A stretch of 64,000 nt of DNA from Kiritimatiellia bacterium (GCA_040767085.1 JAXGPF010000008.1:64001-128000); one strand, 5' to 3'. Counted from the stretch's first letter, positions 17,656-31,868 are shown. Numbers and translations are program-made. Notes: generated by a model from the sequence alone, not told the origin.

Positions 17656-19374
17656 ATGCGGACAGGCGTGCAATGTTTGATGGACGGATTGCAGCAAGCC
17701 GGCGTGGAAGTGGTGTTCGGGCTCCCGGGCGGGCAAGTGCTGGATATTTTCAAGGATTTGTATCATGCGCCGTTTGAATTTTTCCTGACGCGGCACGAGC
17801 AGGGCGCCGCGCACATGGCGGACGGGTATGCGCGGGCCACCGGCCGCGTCGGCTGTTGCCTGGTGACTTCAGGTCCCGGCGCCACCAATGCCGTCACCGG
17901 GCTGGCCACGGCCAACATGGATTCCATCCCGCTGGTGTGCATTACCGGCCAGGTGCCATCGCACATGATCGGCAACGACGCTTTCCAGGAAGCCGACATC
18001 ACCGGCATCACCCGCCCGGTGACCAAGCACAATTACCTGGTGCGCAACGTGGACGACCTCCCGCGCATCATTGCCGAGGCCTTTTACATCGCCCGTTCGG
18101 GCAAGCCCGGCCCGGTGCTGGTGGATATCCCCAAGGATGTGCAGCGGGCTTCCACACGCGCGCCGACGCCCACGGAAGTGAAAATCCGCAGTTACAACCC
18201 CACCACCGAGGGCCACCCGCGCCAGATCGCCAAGCTGGCCGAGGCGCTGAACGCCGCGGAACGGCCGCTTTTGTACGCCGGCGGGGGCGTGATCTTGAGC
18301 AACGCGGCGGCGGAATTGACGGCGCTGGCGCGCAAGGCGCGCCTGCCGGTGACCACCACGCTGCTGGGCCTGGGCGCGTTCCCGGAGACCGATCCCCTGG
18401 CGCTGCGGATGCTGGGTATGCATGGCAGCGCCGCGGCTAATTTCGCCGTGCAAGAATGCGATTTGCTGGTGTCCGTGGGCGCCCGTTTCGACGACCGGGT
18501 GACCGGGAAAGTGTCGGAATTCGCGCCGCATGCCAAAATTGCCCACATTGACATTGACCCCTCGGCCATTGCCAAGAGCGTGGAAGTGGATATCCCCGTG
18601 GTGGGCGATGTCAGGCAGGTTTTGTCCGAATTGCTGCCGCAGGTGGAATCCCGCGAGCGCGCGTCATGGCTGGCGAAGCTCGGACAATGGCAGGCCAAGC
18701 ATCCTTTCAGTTACGATCCGGACCCGGCCAAGCTCATGCCGCAGTACGTGATTGAGCAGATTTACAAGCTGACCGGCGGCAAGGCGATTATCGCCACGGA
18801 AGTGGGGCAGCACCAGATGTGGGCGGCGCATTTTTACAAGTACACCCGCCCGCGGACGTTCATCTCTTCCGGCGGCCTGGGCACCATGGGGTTCGGCCTG
18901 CCGGCGGCCATCGGCGCCCAGGCGGGCTGCCGCGACCAGATGGTGGTGGATATCGCCGGGGATGGCAGCGCCCAGATGAATTTCCAGGAAATGGTGGTGG
19001 CGGTGGAACACAAACTGCCGGTCAAGGTGGTCATTTTGAACAACACCTACCTGGGCATGGTGCGCCAGTGGCAGGAGATGTTTTACAAGCACGAGTATTC
19101 CGCCACCGTGCTCCGGCAGAGCGACCGCCCGAAAAACGAGCGCATCGCCGACGGCGCCGCGGGGTACCTGCCGGATTTCGTCAAGCTGGCCGAGGCCCAC
19201 GGCGCTTACGGCGACCGGGTCGTCCGGCGCGAGGACGTCATCCCCGCCCTGGAAAAGGCCTTCGCCTACAACGGTCCGGCCCTGGTGGAATGCATGGTGG
19301 AGCGCGAAGCCAACGTGTATCCCATGGTGCCGGCCGGGGCTTCGTTGACGGAAATGATTCACAGCATGGCATGA
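17656..19374 (+). CDS. ilvB: Acetolactate synthase large subunit
   Basis: RHEQGAAHMADGYAR, TSGPGATN, SGGLGTMGFGLPAAIGA, TPP motif GDGS..NN. Confidence 0.96.
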   Translation: MRTGVQCLMDGLQQAGVEVVFGLPGGQVLDIFKDLYHAPFEFFLTRHEQGAAHMADGYARATGRVGCCLVTSGPGATNAVTGLATANMDSIPLVCITGQVPSHMIGNDAFQEADITGITRPVTKHNYLVRNVDDLPRIIAEAFYIARSGKPGPVLVDIPKDVQRASTRAPTPTEVKIRSYNPTTEGHPRQIAKLAEALNAAERPLLYAGGGVILSNAAAELTALARKARLPVTTTLLGLGAFPETDPLALRMLGMHGSAAANFAVQECDLLVSVGARFDDRVTGKVSEFAPHAKIAHIDIDPSAIAKSVEVDIPVVGDVRQVLSELLPQVESRERASWLAKLGQWQAKHPFSYDPDPAKLMPQYVIEQIYKLTGGKAIIATEVGQHQMWAAHFYKYTRPRTFISSGGLGTMGFGLPAAIGAQAGCRDQMVVDIAGDGSAQMNFQEMVVAVEHKLPVKVVILNNTYLGMVRQWQEMFYKHEYSATVLRQSDRPKNERIADGAAGYLPDFVKLAEAHGAYGDRVVRREDVIPALEKAFAYNGPALVECMVEREANVYPMVPAGASLTEMIHSMA

Positions 19375-19384
19375 GGGGGCAACG

Positions 19385-19861
19385 ATGAAACATATCCTGT
19401 CGGTGGTGGTGGAAAATCAGCCCGGGGTCCTGGCCCGCGTGGTCGGCCTGATCTCGGGGCGCGGCTACAACATTGACAGTTTGAACGTGGCGCCCACCCA
19501 GGACGCCTCCACCTCGCGCATCACGATGGTGGTGCCGGGCGACGATCGCGTGTTGGAGCAGGTGACCAAGCAGTTGAACAAGCTGGTGGACGTGATCAAG
19601 GTGCACGATTTCACCGGGGAACGCTTCCTGGGCCGTGAATTGATGCTGGTCAAGGTCATGACGGGGCCGAAAAACCGCGCGCCGGTGGTCGAGCTGGCCG
19701 CGCTGTTCAACGCCCGCGTGGTCAGCGTGCAGAGCAAGTCGCTGACCGTGCAGATGGCGGGCGCCAGCGAGGATGTGGACAACCTGCTGGAACTCCTGCG
19801 GCCGAACGGTATTTTGGAGTTGTCGCGCTCGGGGGTGATCGCGGTGGGCAAACAGGATTGA
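19385..19861 (+). CDS. ilvN: Acetolactate synthase small subunit
   Basis: ENQPGVLARVVGLISGRGYNIDSL, EQVTKQLNKLVDV. Confidence 0.96.
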   Translation: MKHILSVVVENQPGVLARVVGLISGRGYNIDSLNVAPTQDASTSRITMVVPGDDRVLEQVTKQLNKLVDVIKVHDFTGERFLGRELMLVKVMTGPKNRAPVVELAALFNARVVSVQSKSLTVQMAGASEDVDNLLELLRPNGILELSRSGVIAVGKQD

Positions 19862-19907
19862 AGCGGCCGGCGCCAGGCGCCGCGGCCGGCACGGGAGACA
19901 TGCGAAA

Positions 19908-21464
19908 ATGAACAAGGCACAAAATGATCGCGTTTTGATTTTCGATACGACGCTGCGGGATGGCGAGCAATGCCCGGGCGCCAGCCTGAACCAGCGGGAG
20001 AAAATTGAAATTGCCCAGCAGTTGGCGCGCCTGAAAGTGGATGTGATCGAGGCGGGCTTTCCCATCGCCTCGCCGGATGATTTCCGGGCGGTGCAGGCGG
20101 TGGCGGAGCAGGTCCAGGGGCCGCGCATCGCCGGCCTCGCGCGTTCTATGGAAAAGGACATTGTGCGCTGTGCCGAGGCCGTGGCCCCCGCCGGCAAGCG
20201 CGGGCGCATCCATGTGTTCCTGGCCACTTCCCGCATCCACCGCGAGTTCAAACTGCGCAAGGACCAGCGGGAAATCATCCGCCTGGCCGTGGACGCCGTG
20301 ACCCGCGCGCGGAAGCTGTGCGGGGATGTGGAGTTCAGCCCCGAGGATGCCTCGCGCACCGAGCCGGAATTTCTGGCCGAGGTGGTCCGCGCCGTGATTG
20401 ACGCCGGGGCGGGCACCGTCAATATTCCCGACACGGTCGGGTACGCCGTGCCGGACGAGTTCGGCGCCTTGATTGCCGAGCTGTTCGAACGTGTGCCCAA
20501 TATCGGCCAGGCCATCATCAACGTCCATTGCCATAACGACCTGGGACTGGCAGTCGCCAATTCGCTGGCAGCCGTCAAAAACGGCGCCCGGGGCGTCGAA
20601 TGCACGATCAACGGCCTGGGCGAGCGGGCGGGCAATTGTGCGCTGGAAGAATTCGTCATGGCCCTGCGGACGCGGGCGGACGCCTTCAAGCTGCGGACGG
20701 GGATTGAAACCCGCGAAATTTACCGCGCGAGCCGGCTGGTCAGCCGGCTGACGGGCATGGTGGTGCAGCGCAACAAGGCCATCGTGGGCGCGAATGCCTT
20801 CGCCCATGAGTCGGGCATCCACCAGGACGGCATCCTGAAGGAACGCAGCACGTATGAAATCATGCGCCCGGAAGATATCGGCCTCGAAGGCGGCACGGAA
20901 CTGGTCCTGGGTAAACACTCCGGCCGGCACGCCTTCCGCGACCGCCTGGCCGGCATGGGCTTCCAACTGAACGCGGAGGAACTGGAACGGGCTTACGCGC
21001 GGTTTATCGAACTGGCCGACAAGAAAAAAGCGATGTACGACGACGATCTCCTGGCCATTGCCCGCCATGAAATGGAGGATGTGGCCGGGATCTATGCCCT
21101 GGAATACATCCAAGTTTCCACCGGCTCGAGCACCGTGCCTACCGCCACTGTCCGCTTGAAAAAAGGCGCGGCCGTCAAGCAGGATGCCGCCTGCGGCGAT
21201 GGCCCGGTAGATGCCGCCTTGAAGACCGTGGACCGCATCACCGGCGTGCCCGGCCGCCTGCTGGATTACGGCATTCAAGCGGTGACGGTCGGGAAGGACG
21301 CCCAGGGCGAGGTGAGCATGCGCGTGGCGTTTGACAAAGACGTAGTCAGCGGCAAGGCGGCCGGCACGGACATCGTGCAGGCCAGCGCCGCCGCTTACCT
21401 GAATTGCGTCAACCGCATGCTGGCCGCGCGGCGCCAGGCGGAGCCGGCCGCTAAAAATTCATGA
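19908..21464 (+). CDS. leuA: 2-isopropylmalate synthase
   Basis: FDTTLRDGEQ, HCHNDLG, GERAGN, HESGIHQDG; C-terminal regulatory domain. Confidence 0.96.
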   Translation: MNKAQNDRVLIFDTTLRDGEQCPGASLNQREKIEIAQQLARLKVDVIEAGFPIASPDDFRAVQAVAEQVQGPRIAGLARSMEKDIVRCAEAVAPAGKRGRIHVFLATSRIHREFKLRKDQREIIRLAVDAVTRARKLCGDVEFSPEDASRTEPEFLAEVVRAVIDAGAGTVNIPDTVGYAVPDEFGALIAELFERVPNIGQAIINVHCHNDLGLAVANSLAAVKNGARGVECTINGLGERAGNCALEEFVMALRTRADAFKLRTGIETREIYRASRLVSRLTGMVVQRNKAIVGANAFAHESGIHQDGILKERSTYEIMRPEDIGLEGGTELVLGKHSGRHAFRDRLAGMGFQLNAEELERAYARFIELADKKKAMYDDDLLAIARHEMEDVAGIYALEYIQVSTGSSTVPTATVRLKKGAAVKQDAACGDGPVDAALKTVDRITGVPGRLLDYGIQAVTVGKDAQGEVSMRVAFDKDVVSGKAAGTDIVQASAAAYLNCVNRMLAARRQAEPAAKNS

Positions 21465-22330
21465 TTGACGCCAGAACCAAGCTATACGCCGTGCTCGGGC
21501 ATCCAGTGAGCCATTCGCTGTCGCCGCCGATGCAAAACGCGGCTTTTGCCGCCTTGGGTATCAACGCCGCCTACCTGGCATTTGACGTCGCGCCCGACCG
21601 GCTGCCGGCATTGCTGCCGGCCCTGGCCGAACTGGGGTTTGCCGGCTTGAACCTGACCGTGCCGCTGAAGGAACCCGCCTTGCAGTGCCTCTCCGACTTG
21701 GATGAATCCGCCGCGCGCATGCGGTCGGTCAATACCGTCCGGATGGACGGGCATGCGATGCGCGGCTACAGCACCGACGGCGCGGGCTTCCTGGCGGCCT
21801 TGCGGGCGGAATTCAGCCTGGAGGTCCGGGGCCGGAGCATGTGCCTGCTGGGCTGCGGCGGCGCCGGCCGCGCGGTGGCCATCGCCTGTGCCCTGGCCGG
21901 CGCGGCGGAAATCCGGCTGGCCAACCGTTCCGCCGGCCGCGCGGAGCGGTTGGCCGCCGAAATCGCCGGCCTGCCGGACGCCCCCCGCGTCAGCCTGGCG
22001 CCGGCGCAGCCGGCGGCCTGGCGGGAAGCCTGCCGGCAGGCGGAAATTGTGGTGCAGGCCACGTCCGTGGGCTTGCGGCCGGGAGACCCGCCGCTGGTCG
22101 GCGCCGATGCCTTTCAGGCCGGCCAGTGGTTTTACGACTTGATCTACCATGTGCCGGAAACCGCAACGATGCGCGCCGCGGCCACCGCCGGCGCGCGCGC
22201 AGCCAACGGCTTGGGGATGTTGTTGTATCAGGGGGCGCTCGCCCTGGAAATCTGGACCGGCCGGCCGGCGCCCGTGGCGCCTATGCGCCGGGCGTTGCAG
22301 CAGGCGGTATACGGGGACAACCTGCCATGA
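21461..22330 (+). CDS. aroE: Shikimate dehydrogenase
   Basis: [37 protein letters not shown]. Confidence 0.93.
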   Translation: MIDARTKLYAVLGHPVSHSLSPPMQNAAFAALGINAAYLAFDVAPDRLPALLPALAELGFAGLNLTVPLKEPALQCLSDLDESAARMRSVNTVRMDGHAMRGYSTDGAGFLAALRAEFSLEVRGRSMCLLGCGGAGRAVAIACALAGAAEIRLANRSAGRAERLAAEIAGLPDAPRVSLAPAQPAAWREACRQAEIVVQATSVGLRPGDPPLVGADAFQAGQWFYDLIYHVPETATMRAAATAGARAANGLGMLLYQGALALEIWTGRPAPVAPMRRALQQAVYGDNLP

Positions 22331-23145
22331 CCTATGAATTCGCGTTCGCCTATCTTTCAACAATGATCTTTGTCCTGGGAGCATGCATCGGCAGTTTTGT
22401 CAATGTCTGCATTTACCGGATTCCCCGCGACCTCTCGGTGGTGGCGCCGCGCTCGTTTTGCCCCGCTTGTTCGCGGATGATTCCCTGGTATTATAACCTG
22501 CCGCTGCTGAGTTATCTCATACTCGGGGGGCAGTGCCGTTATTGCGGCGGCAAAATCAACCTGCGTTATTTCCTGGTGGAGGCGTTGACCGGCTTCCTGT
22601 TCCTGATGATCTGGCTGCGGTTCGGCTGGGATGTCCGCACGCCCGCGTATTGGCTGCTGGCCGCGGGCTTGGTCATTGCCGCGTTTGTAGATTTCGAACA
22701 CCTGATCATTCCCGACCGCATTTCCATCGGCGGGATGCTGGCCGGCCCGGCCCTGGCGGCCTGGGCGCCTGCCATGCACGGTCAGGCGGCGGCTTTTGCC
22801 GGATTCCGTGCGGCGTTGCTGGGCATGCTGGCCGGCACGCTCCTGCTCTGGTCCGTGGCCGAACTCGGGCGCCTGTATTTCAAGCGCGAAGCCATGGGCC
22901 TGGGCGATGTCAAACTGCTGGGGGCGATTGGGGCGTTTCTCGGCTGGCAGGCAGTGCTGTTTACCGTCATCTGCGCCTCGACGGTCGGGGCGGCGGCCGG
23001 GATGACGATGATCGCCATGGGGCGCAAAAAGATGGCGAGTAAAATCCCGTTCGGTCCGTACCTGGCCATGGCCGCTTTGTTGTGGGTGCTGGGCGGCGCG
23101 GACTGGTGGCAGGCCTACCTGGCATGGCTGACGCAAGCGCCCTAG
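22327..23145 (+). CDS. pilD: Prepilin peptidase/N-methyltransferase (A24)
   Basis: [40 protein letters not shown] overlap with aroE. Confidence 0.93.
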   Translation: MTYEFAFAYLSTMIFVLGACIGSFVNVCIYRIPRDLSVVAPRSFCPACSRMIPWYYNLPLLSYLILGGQCRYCGGKINLRYFLVEALTGFLFLMIWLRFGWDVRTPAYWLLAAGLVIAAFVDFEHLIIPDRISIGGMLAGPALAAWAPAMHGQAAAFAGFRAALLGMLAGTLLLWSVAELGRLYFKREAMGLGDVKLLGAIGAFLGWQAVLFTVICASTVGAAAGMTMIAMGRKKMASKIPFGPYLAMAALLWVLGGADWWQAYLAWLTQAP

Positions 23146-23185
23146 GCGGGGACCGGCTGGTTAAACGGCAACAGGCAATCCAACC

Positions 23186-23755
23186 ATGCGCGACGCGTTC
23201 AATATCACTTTGGCGGGATTTATGGGGACGGGGAAATCCGCCGTCGGCCGGCGGCTGGCGGAGGCCTTGGGGCGCGAGTTCGTAGACATGGACGCCGTTC
23301 TGGAAGCGCGCGAGGGCCTGCCCGTGCGCCGGATTTTCGATGAAAAGGGCGAGCAATATTTCCGCAGCCTGGAACGGAGCCTGGTCGTCGAACTGGCGGC
23401 GCGGCGGAACCTGGTGATAGCCGCCGGCGGCGGCGCGATCCTCGATCCGGCAAATTTCCGGCGGCTGGCCGCCGCCGGCCCGGTGATCTGCCTGACCGCG
23501 GCGCCCGAAACTATTGCCGCCCGGCTGGGCGCGGCGCAAACGCGGCCGCTGCTGGCCGGCGGCGATCCCGCGCGGATATTAGGCGAAATCCGCCGGCTGC
23601 TGGCGGAGCGCCAGCCGGCTTATGCCGCCGTGCCCTGGCAGGTGGCGACGGACGGCTTGACCGCCGCGGCGGTGGCCCGCCGGATTCTGCGGCAATTGCC
23701 GGCGGCCGTGGTCAGCGGCAAACCAGCGCTCCCGCCAGACCGCCCAGGATCATGA
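23186..23755 (+). CDS. aroK: Shikimate kinase
   Basis: GFMGTGKS, GEQYFRSLE, GGG, RPLL. Confidence 0.93.
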   Translation: MRDAFNITLAGFMGTGKSAVGRRLAEALGREFVDMDAVLEAREGLPVRRIFDEKGEQYFRSLERSLVVELAARRNLVIAAGGGAILDPANFRRLAAAGPVICLTAAPETIAARLGAAQTRPLLAGGDPARILGEIRRLLAERQPAYAAVPWQVATDGLTAAAVARRILRQLPAAVVSGKPALPPDRPGS

Positions 23756-24254
23756 TCAGCGCCGGGTTGACCCGCGCGCAACGCAGAATCGCAAACGCTC
23801 CCACTGCCAGCGCGATGACCGCCAGCCGGCCGGTGCCCGGCGCGGCATTTTCCCACATGGCTATGGCCAGTTTGACGGCGGCGGCGGCAATCAGTCCGGC
23901 CACGGCCGGCCGGAGGGCGCCCATGATGGAATGCACCAGCGGGTGATGCCGGTAACGCTGCCAGGCGGCCGCCAGGGTGATCATGCCCAGCAGGGACGGC
24001 AGCGCCAGGGCGGCGGTCGCCAGCAGGGCGCCGCTGATCCCGGCGGTCTGGTACCCGATGTAAGTGGCGGCATTCACGGCCAGCGGCCCGGGGGTGATTT
24101 CCGCGATGGCCAGGATGTCCAAAAACTGGGCAGTCGTCAGCCAGCCATGGTGCTCGATTTCCTGCTGGATCAAGGGCAGCATGGCATAACCGCCGCCGAT
24201 GGTCAGGCAGCCGATTTTGACAAAAGATACGATTAATTGCAGGTAAATATGCAT
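23712..24254 (-). CDS. Chromate transporter (short-chain CHR) subunit
   Basis: KIGCLTIGGGYAMLP, ITPGPLAVNAATYIG. Confidence 0.9.
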   Translation of the reverse strand: MHIYLQLIVSFVKIGCLTIGGGYAMLPLIQQEIEHHGWLTTAQFLDILAIAEITPGPLAVNAATYIGYQTAGISGALLATAALALPSLLGMITLAAAWQRYRHHPLVHSIMGALRPAVAGLIAAAAVKLAIAMWENAAPGTGRLAVIALAVGAFAILRCARVNPALIMILGGLAGALVCR

Positions 24255-24280
24255 GTCACAAATTTCAAACTCAACTCATG

Positions 24281-24865
24281 TCAAGTTCCCGCCTGTCGAC
24301 GCCGGTAAAAATAACGCAGGGCGCCGGCGGCGCCCGCGCCCAGGATGATCCAGACCACGCTGACGCCGGGGATCAGCGCCAGCGCGGCAGCCGTCCCGGC
24401 CAGGACCCAGGCGGTTGCGCTGCGGCAGGCGCGGCGGGCGGAGGTCCAGGCCACGGCGGCAATGAGCCCGGCCACGGCGCCCCGGATGCCCTGCATGCCC
24501 CGGGCCACCGCCGGAGCGCGCACGGCATGTTCGAGCAGCATGGCCAGCGCCAGGATCACGATCACGGACGGCGCGATCATGCCGGCCGTGGCGGCGATGG
24601 CGCCGGGGATGCCGGCCTGGCGCTTGCCGATGAAGGTGGCGGCATTGATGGCAATGGCGCCGGGAATGGTCTGCGCCATGGCGAAAATATCGTTGAGTTC
24701 CAGCGGCGTTGCCCACTGCCGGCGCTCGACGATTTCCCGTTCCAGCATCGGCAGCATGGCGTAACCGCCGCCGAACGTGAACAGGCCGACGCGGGCGAAA
24801 GCGCAGAACAACGCGCCTAGCGATGTCGGCCGCAGGGCGGCTTCAGATGGCGGAGAGGGAGGCAT
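24281..24865 (-). CDS. Chromate transporter (short-chain CHR) subunit
   Basis: GLFTFGGGYAMLP, QTIPGAIAINAATFIG. Confidence 0.9.
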   Translation of the reverse strand: MPPSPPSEAALRPTSLGALFCAFARVGLFTFGGGYAMLPMLEREIVERRQWATPLELNDIFAMAQTIPGAIAINAATFIGKRQAGIPGAIAATAGMIAPSVIVILALAMLLEHAVRAPAVARGMQGIRGAVAGLIAAVAWTSARRACRSATAWVLAGTAAALALIPGVSVVWIILGAGAAGALRYFYRRRQAGT

Positions 24866-24875
24866 GATCCGTTCT

Positions 24876-26285
24876 TCAGCATTTGACCGCGCAGACGGCC
24901 AGGCCGCCGGCGGCGGTCTCCTTGTAACGCGCCGACATGTCGCGGCCGGTCTGCAGCATGGCGGCGATGACCTCGTCCAGGGTGACTTTCTGTTTCTGCG
25001 GATCGCCGGCGGATGCCAGCAGGTAGGCGTTATAGGAAGTTACCGCGCCCACGGCGTTGCGTTCGATGCAGGGAATCTGCACGTAGCCGGCGATCGGATC
25101 GCAGGTCAGCCCCAGGTGATGCTCCAGGGCGATCTCCGCGGCATTGGCGATGAAATTGACGGCGTAACCGTAAACCTGGGCCAGCAGGGCGGCGCCCATG
25201 GCCGAGGCGACGCCGATTTCACCCTGGCAGCCGACTTCGGCGCCGGAAATGCTGGCGTTGTGCCTGGCGATGAGCGCAATGGCCGCCGCCGCCAGCAGCC
25301 CTTCGCGGAGGGCCTGTTGCGGCATGCGCATCTGGCGCCGCAGCAGGTAAATCAGGCCGGGGAGCACCCCGGCGGAACCGGACGTGGGCGCGGTGACAAT
25401 CCGCCGGCCGGCGGCATTTTCCTCGGCTGCCGCCAGGGCGTAGGCGTTCAGAAACACCAGGAACCGGTCGGGATAATTTTTCAAAGCCCGGGCGCGGGCG
25501 TAAAGCGTCGGCGCCTTGCGCGCCAGGCGGATCGGGCCGGGCAGCAGGCCGCCATGCTGAATGCCGTGTTCCACGGCGGCTTCCATGACGGCGATAATCC
25601 GGTCCAGATCGGCCCAGACGCCGGCGGGGTTGCGCCCGGAAACCGCCTGTTCGTGCTCCAGAAGCAGGTCCACCAGCGGCATGCCGGTGTCCGCCAGGCA
25701 CGCTTGCAGTTGTGCCATGTTAGCAAAAGGATGGGGTGGCGCGGCCTGCGGCGGGGCCGGCTCATCCCGGTAGCGCACAAAGCCTCCGCCGATGGAATAA
25801 CATTCCATTTCCAACAGGGGTTGGGCGCCGGCCGCCAGTCGCAAAATCATGGTGTTGGGGTGGGGGGCATTGGGCAGGTCGCCGGCGCAACGGATATCGG
25901 CGGCCTGGAAGGGGATGCCCTGGCGCGCGCCGGGCAACTCCATGCGGTAAACGGCGGACGGCTCGCGCAGGAGACCAGCCAGGCGCTCCACATCGCAGGT
26001 TTCCGGGGCCATGCCCAGCAGCCCGGCGGCGACGGCGCGATCGGTGCCATGCCCCTTGCCGGTGGCGCTCAGCGAGCCGTACAGATCCACTTCCAGGCGG
26101 GTGGCGCGGGCCTGCGCCGCGGCTGGCAGGGCCGCCGCACTTTCACGGAACCGGCCCGCGGCCTTCATCGGGCCAATCGTGTGTGAGCTGGACGGCCCGG
26201 GCCCGATCTTGAACACGTCGAAAATGGACGTTCGAATGCATTCGGCCGGCGGCGAGGCCGCTGGTTTTTTGCCTTGACGCTTCAT
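24876..26285 (-). CDS. sdaA: Fe-S L-serine ammonia-lyase (single chain)
   Basis: GPGPSSSHTIGPM, LYGSLSATGKGHGTD, GCQGEIG, LGLTCDP, PCIERN. Confidence 0.93.
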   Translation of the reverse strand: MKRQGKKPAASPPAECIRTSIFDVFKIGPGPSSSHTIGPMKAAGRFRESAAALPAAAQARATRLEVDLYGSLSATGKGHGTDRAVAAGLLGMAPETCDVERLAGLLREPSAVYRMELPGARQGIPFQAADIRCAGDLPNAPHPNTMILRLAAGAQPLLEMECYSIGGGFVRYRDEPAPPQAAPPHPFANMAQLQACLADTGMPLVDLLLEHEQAVSGRNPAGVWADLDRIIAVMEAAVEHGIQHGGLLPGPIRLARKAPTLYARARALKNYPDRFLVFLNAYALAAAEENAAGRRIVTAPTSGSAGVLPGLIYLLRRQMRMPQQALREGLLAAAAIALIARHNASISGAEVGCQGEIGVASAMGAALLAQVYGYAVNFIANAAEIALEHHLGLTCDPIAGYVQIPCIERNAVGAVTSYNAYLLASAGDPQKQKVTLDEVIAAMLQTGRDMSARYKETAAGGLAVCAVKC

Positions 26286-26809
26286 CAGAAAGCCAACCGC
26301 GCGGCGGCGCCGAGCGTTACGGTGTCGGTGTTGATGCGTTTGTCCAGGTCCTTGATGTTTTCCCAGTCCAGGAAGCGGTAGTTGGCATTGATATCCAGGC
26401 GCAGGTTGGGCAGGATTTCAAAGTCCAGCCCGGCGCGCACGCCGTAAAACGGGTCGTCGGCGAATTTGCCGTCGGCGTAATTGATGCCGATGCCGCCGGC
26501 CACGTAAATGCCGGATCCCAGCACGAGGTAAGCCTGGGGCGCATAGGTGGTTTCATCGGAACCGCCGAACCCGTTGGGGAAAATTTCCAGGTCGGCCTGG
26601 ATTTTCAGGAGGCGCCAGGGGGCGAACTGGTAGGTTGCCAGCCAGGCCAGCCCGTCGTCATCGAGCTTGTAGTCGTCTTCCTTGATGCGGTCGATCGTCC
26701 GCCAGTAATTGGCGCCCACGCCGAGACGGTGCAACTGGATTTGTTCCGCGCGGGTTTGCGAGCCGGCCGCCAGCATTGCCAACAATCCGACAATCAATAA
26801 TTTCCGCAT
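26285..26809 (-). CDS. Small outer-membrane beta-barrel protein
   Basis: Signal peptide, amphipathic strands, C-terminal Phe. Confidence 0.75.
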   Translation of the reverse strand: MRKLLIVGLLAMLAAGSQTRAEQIQLHRLGVGANYWRTIDRIKEDDYKLDDDGLAWLATYQFAPWRLLKIQADLEIFPNGFGGSDETTYAPQAYLVLGSGIYVAGGIGINYADGKFADDPFYGVRAGLDFEILPNLRLDINANYRFLDWENIKDLDKRINTDTVTLGAAARLAF

Positions 26810-26830
26810 GTTTGATCGCTCCTTGGGTGT

Positions 26831-30031
<3,201 letters not shown>

Positions 30032-30111
30032 GTTTTGCATCTCCGGGAAAAGGGTTGAATTGGCGGTTAGCATGGCGGGTTCGCCCGGCCAGGTCAAGCC
30101 AAAAAGCACGC

Positions 30112-30275
30112 CAGGGCTGCGTCATTCTCGGCGGCTCGCTCCCGCGCCAGGCGGGACAAGCCAGAGGTTTACCCCGCTTTGAGCGGGGTCTCGCCCTACC
30201 CACGACAAATGCTTGTGAAACGGTAGGGCGAGGTCTCCGTACCGAGCCGTCTGTTCTGAGAATGACGCAGCCCTG
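30112..30275. mobile_element. MITE family A copy 1 (TIR CAGGGCTGCGTCATTCTC, carries GTAG REPs)
   Basis: Perfect 18-bp TIR; flanks AAAAGCACGC / AAAAGCGCGC (9/10 TSD). Confidence 0.85.
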
Positions 30276-30394
30276 AAAAGCGCGCGGCTTTATCGGAATT
30301 TGCGTTTGACTACGGCATGGAGGAATGGCAGCATGCAGGTTTGCGATAACCAAGCCAAGCCCATAAATCCCACTAGCAGAAAACAGGTTGCCCC

Positions 30395-31507
30395 ATGTCT
30401 TTTGAAAGCGGCTCAGTCAGTTTCAGCATGTTTTACGTTCCCGCCCCCCTGCCGGAGACCATCCATCAGCGGTTTGCCAAGGGCGTGCTCGGTCCGATAG
30501 ATAAGCTGCGCGAGGAAGAAATTCACGGCTGGGTTGGGCCCCGGCACCTGCTGGATCGCGAGATCAGCGAGATGACGGCCTGGCCCTCCGGTTTTTTGCG
30601 GCTGACGCTCTCCCAGGCGCAACGGGTCATCCCCGCGTCGCTGCTGCGGGCGGAATGCCGCATCGAGGAAATGGCCTGGATGCAGGCCGAGCACCGCGAT
30701 TATGTCAACCGCCAGCAGAAAAGTGAAATCAGGCAGCGGGTGGTCGAGCGCCTTTTGCCGCAAATGCCGCCCCAGCTCAAGGGGATTGACTTCTGTTACG
30801 ATCCGCGGGCAAAATTCCTGTATGTCACCGCGCTTTCGGAGAAACAGTTCGACGCTTTCCTGATCAACTTCGGCCTGACCACCGGGGTCAAACTGATCCA
30901 GGTTGATCCGGTATCCGCCGCGTGGCATGAGGCGCATTGCCGGGCCGACCAATGGCCCGCGCTGGGATTTGCCGCCGAACAGTGGGCGGATTGCGCCCCC
31001 GGGCGCGAATTCTTAATGTGGCTCTGGTTCATGTCGGAGGCCAAAGGCGGCGAAGTGGACTTGGCTGGCGGCGGGAAATTCGCCGTTATGGTGGAAGGAC
31101 CCCTGCTGTTCGATCAGGCGGAGCAGGGTGAGACGGCGATCCGCAAAGGCGAGCCGATGCTGAGCGCCGAAACCCGCGCCGCGCTTCTCAGCGGCAAAAA
31201 GCTGCGCCGGGCCAAGCTGACCCTGGCCCGCGGCGGCGAGGAGTGCTGGACTTGCTCGTTTGACGCCGATGGTTTCATCTTCCGCAACTTGAAATTGCCC
31301 AAGACCGAGGCGATTGACGCCGTGGGCCGCTTTCAGGAGCGGATGGAAATGCTGGACACCTTCCGGGAAGCCTTCCTCGGCCTCTACGGCACTTTCGCCA
31401 AGCTGCGCGACGACCGCGGCCGTTGCCAAGCGCTGGAGTCGGAAATGAAAAAATGGATGTCCGGACGGCCGTCCCGCAAGCTGGCGGATGTATCCAGCAG
31501 TCAGTGA
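30395..31507 (+). CDS. RdgC-like recombination-associated protein
   Basis: GWV, R.IPASLLR, EIRQRVVERLLPQMPP, GREFLMWLWF; resembles the RdgC family. Confidence 0.6.
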   Translation: MSFESGSVSFSMFYVPAPLPETIHQRFAKGVLGPIDKLREEEIHGWVGPRHLLDREISEMTAWPSGFLRLTLSQAQRVIPASLLRAECRIEEMAWMQAEHRDYVNRQQKSEIRQRVVERLLPQMPPQLKGIDFCYDPRAKFLYVTALSEKQFDAFLINFGLTTGVKLIQVDPVSAAWHEAHCRADQWPALGFAAEQWADCAPGREFLMWLWFMSEAKGGEVDLAGGGKFAVMVEGPLLFDQAEQGETAIRKGEPMLSAETRAALLSGKKLRRAKLTLARGGEECWTCSFDADGFIFRNLKLPKTEAIDAVGRFQERMEMLDTFREAFLGLYGTFAKLRDDRGRCQALESEMKKWMSGRPSRKLADVSSSQ

Positions 31508-31849
31508 TCAGTGATCGGTGATCAGTGAACCTTGAGTTTTGGTCAACAGCATTGACAGGTACACGCTGCGTCTGATAAAGTGCAGTCAGCTTGACTGTTG
31601 GTTTTGGTTCAGTAGCATCCCATAGCAAACCGCTTGATTCTCTCACAAAGCCGCAAAGCCACAAAGAAGACGCGGATAATTTACCACTGAACCGGAAGGA
31701 TTGGCCACCCAAAGTTGACTAGATTGACGCATATAGCGGGCATCTTTCCCTTTCCTGTACGTCAATCTGTATTCACAACCCGTTAAATATCAACGAAAGA
31801 GTTGATGGATTTAACGAAAACGGTGGAAATGTGTCGTGCTATGCATGAC

Positions 31850-31868
31850 GCATAATATTATGTTGGCC
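31850..31868 (+). other. attI-like integron simple site
   Basis: GCATAAT-ATTAT-GTTGGCC (7-5-7 spacing as in attI1). The R box GTTGGCC is complementary to R'' GGCCAAC of the first attC. Confidence 0.6.

Noticed and set aside
21841-22326. Long N-terminal extension on the prepilin peptidase
   Set aside because: It overlaps aroE in another frame. The real start is the ATGA-coupled ATG at 22327.
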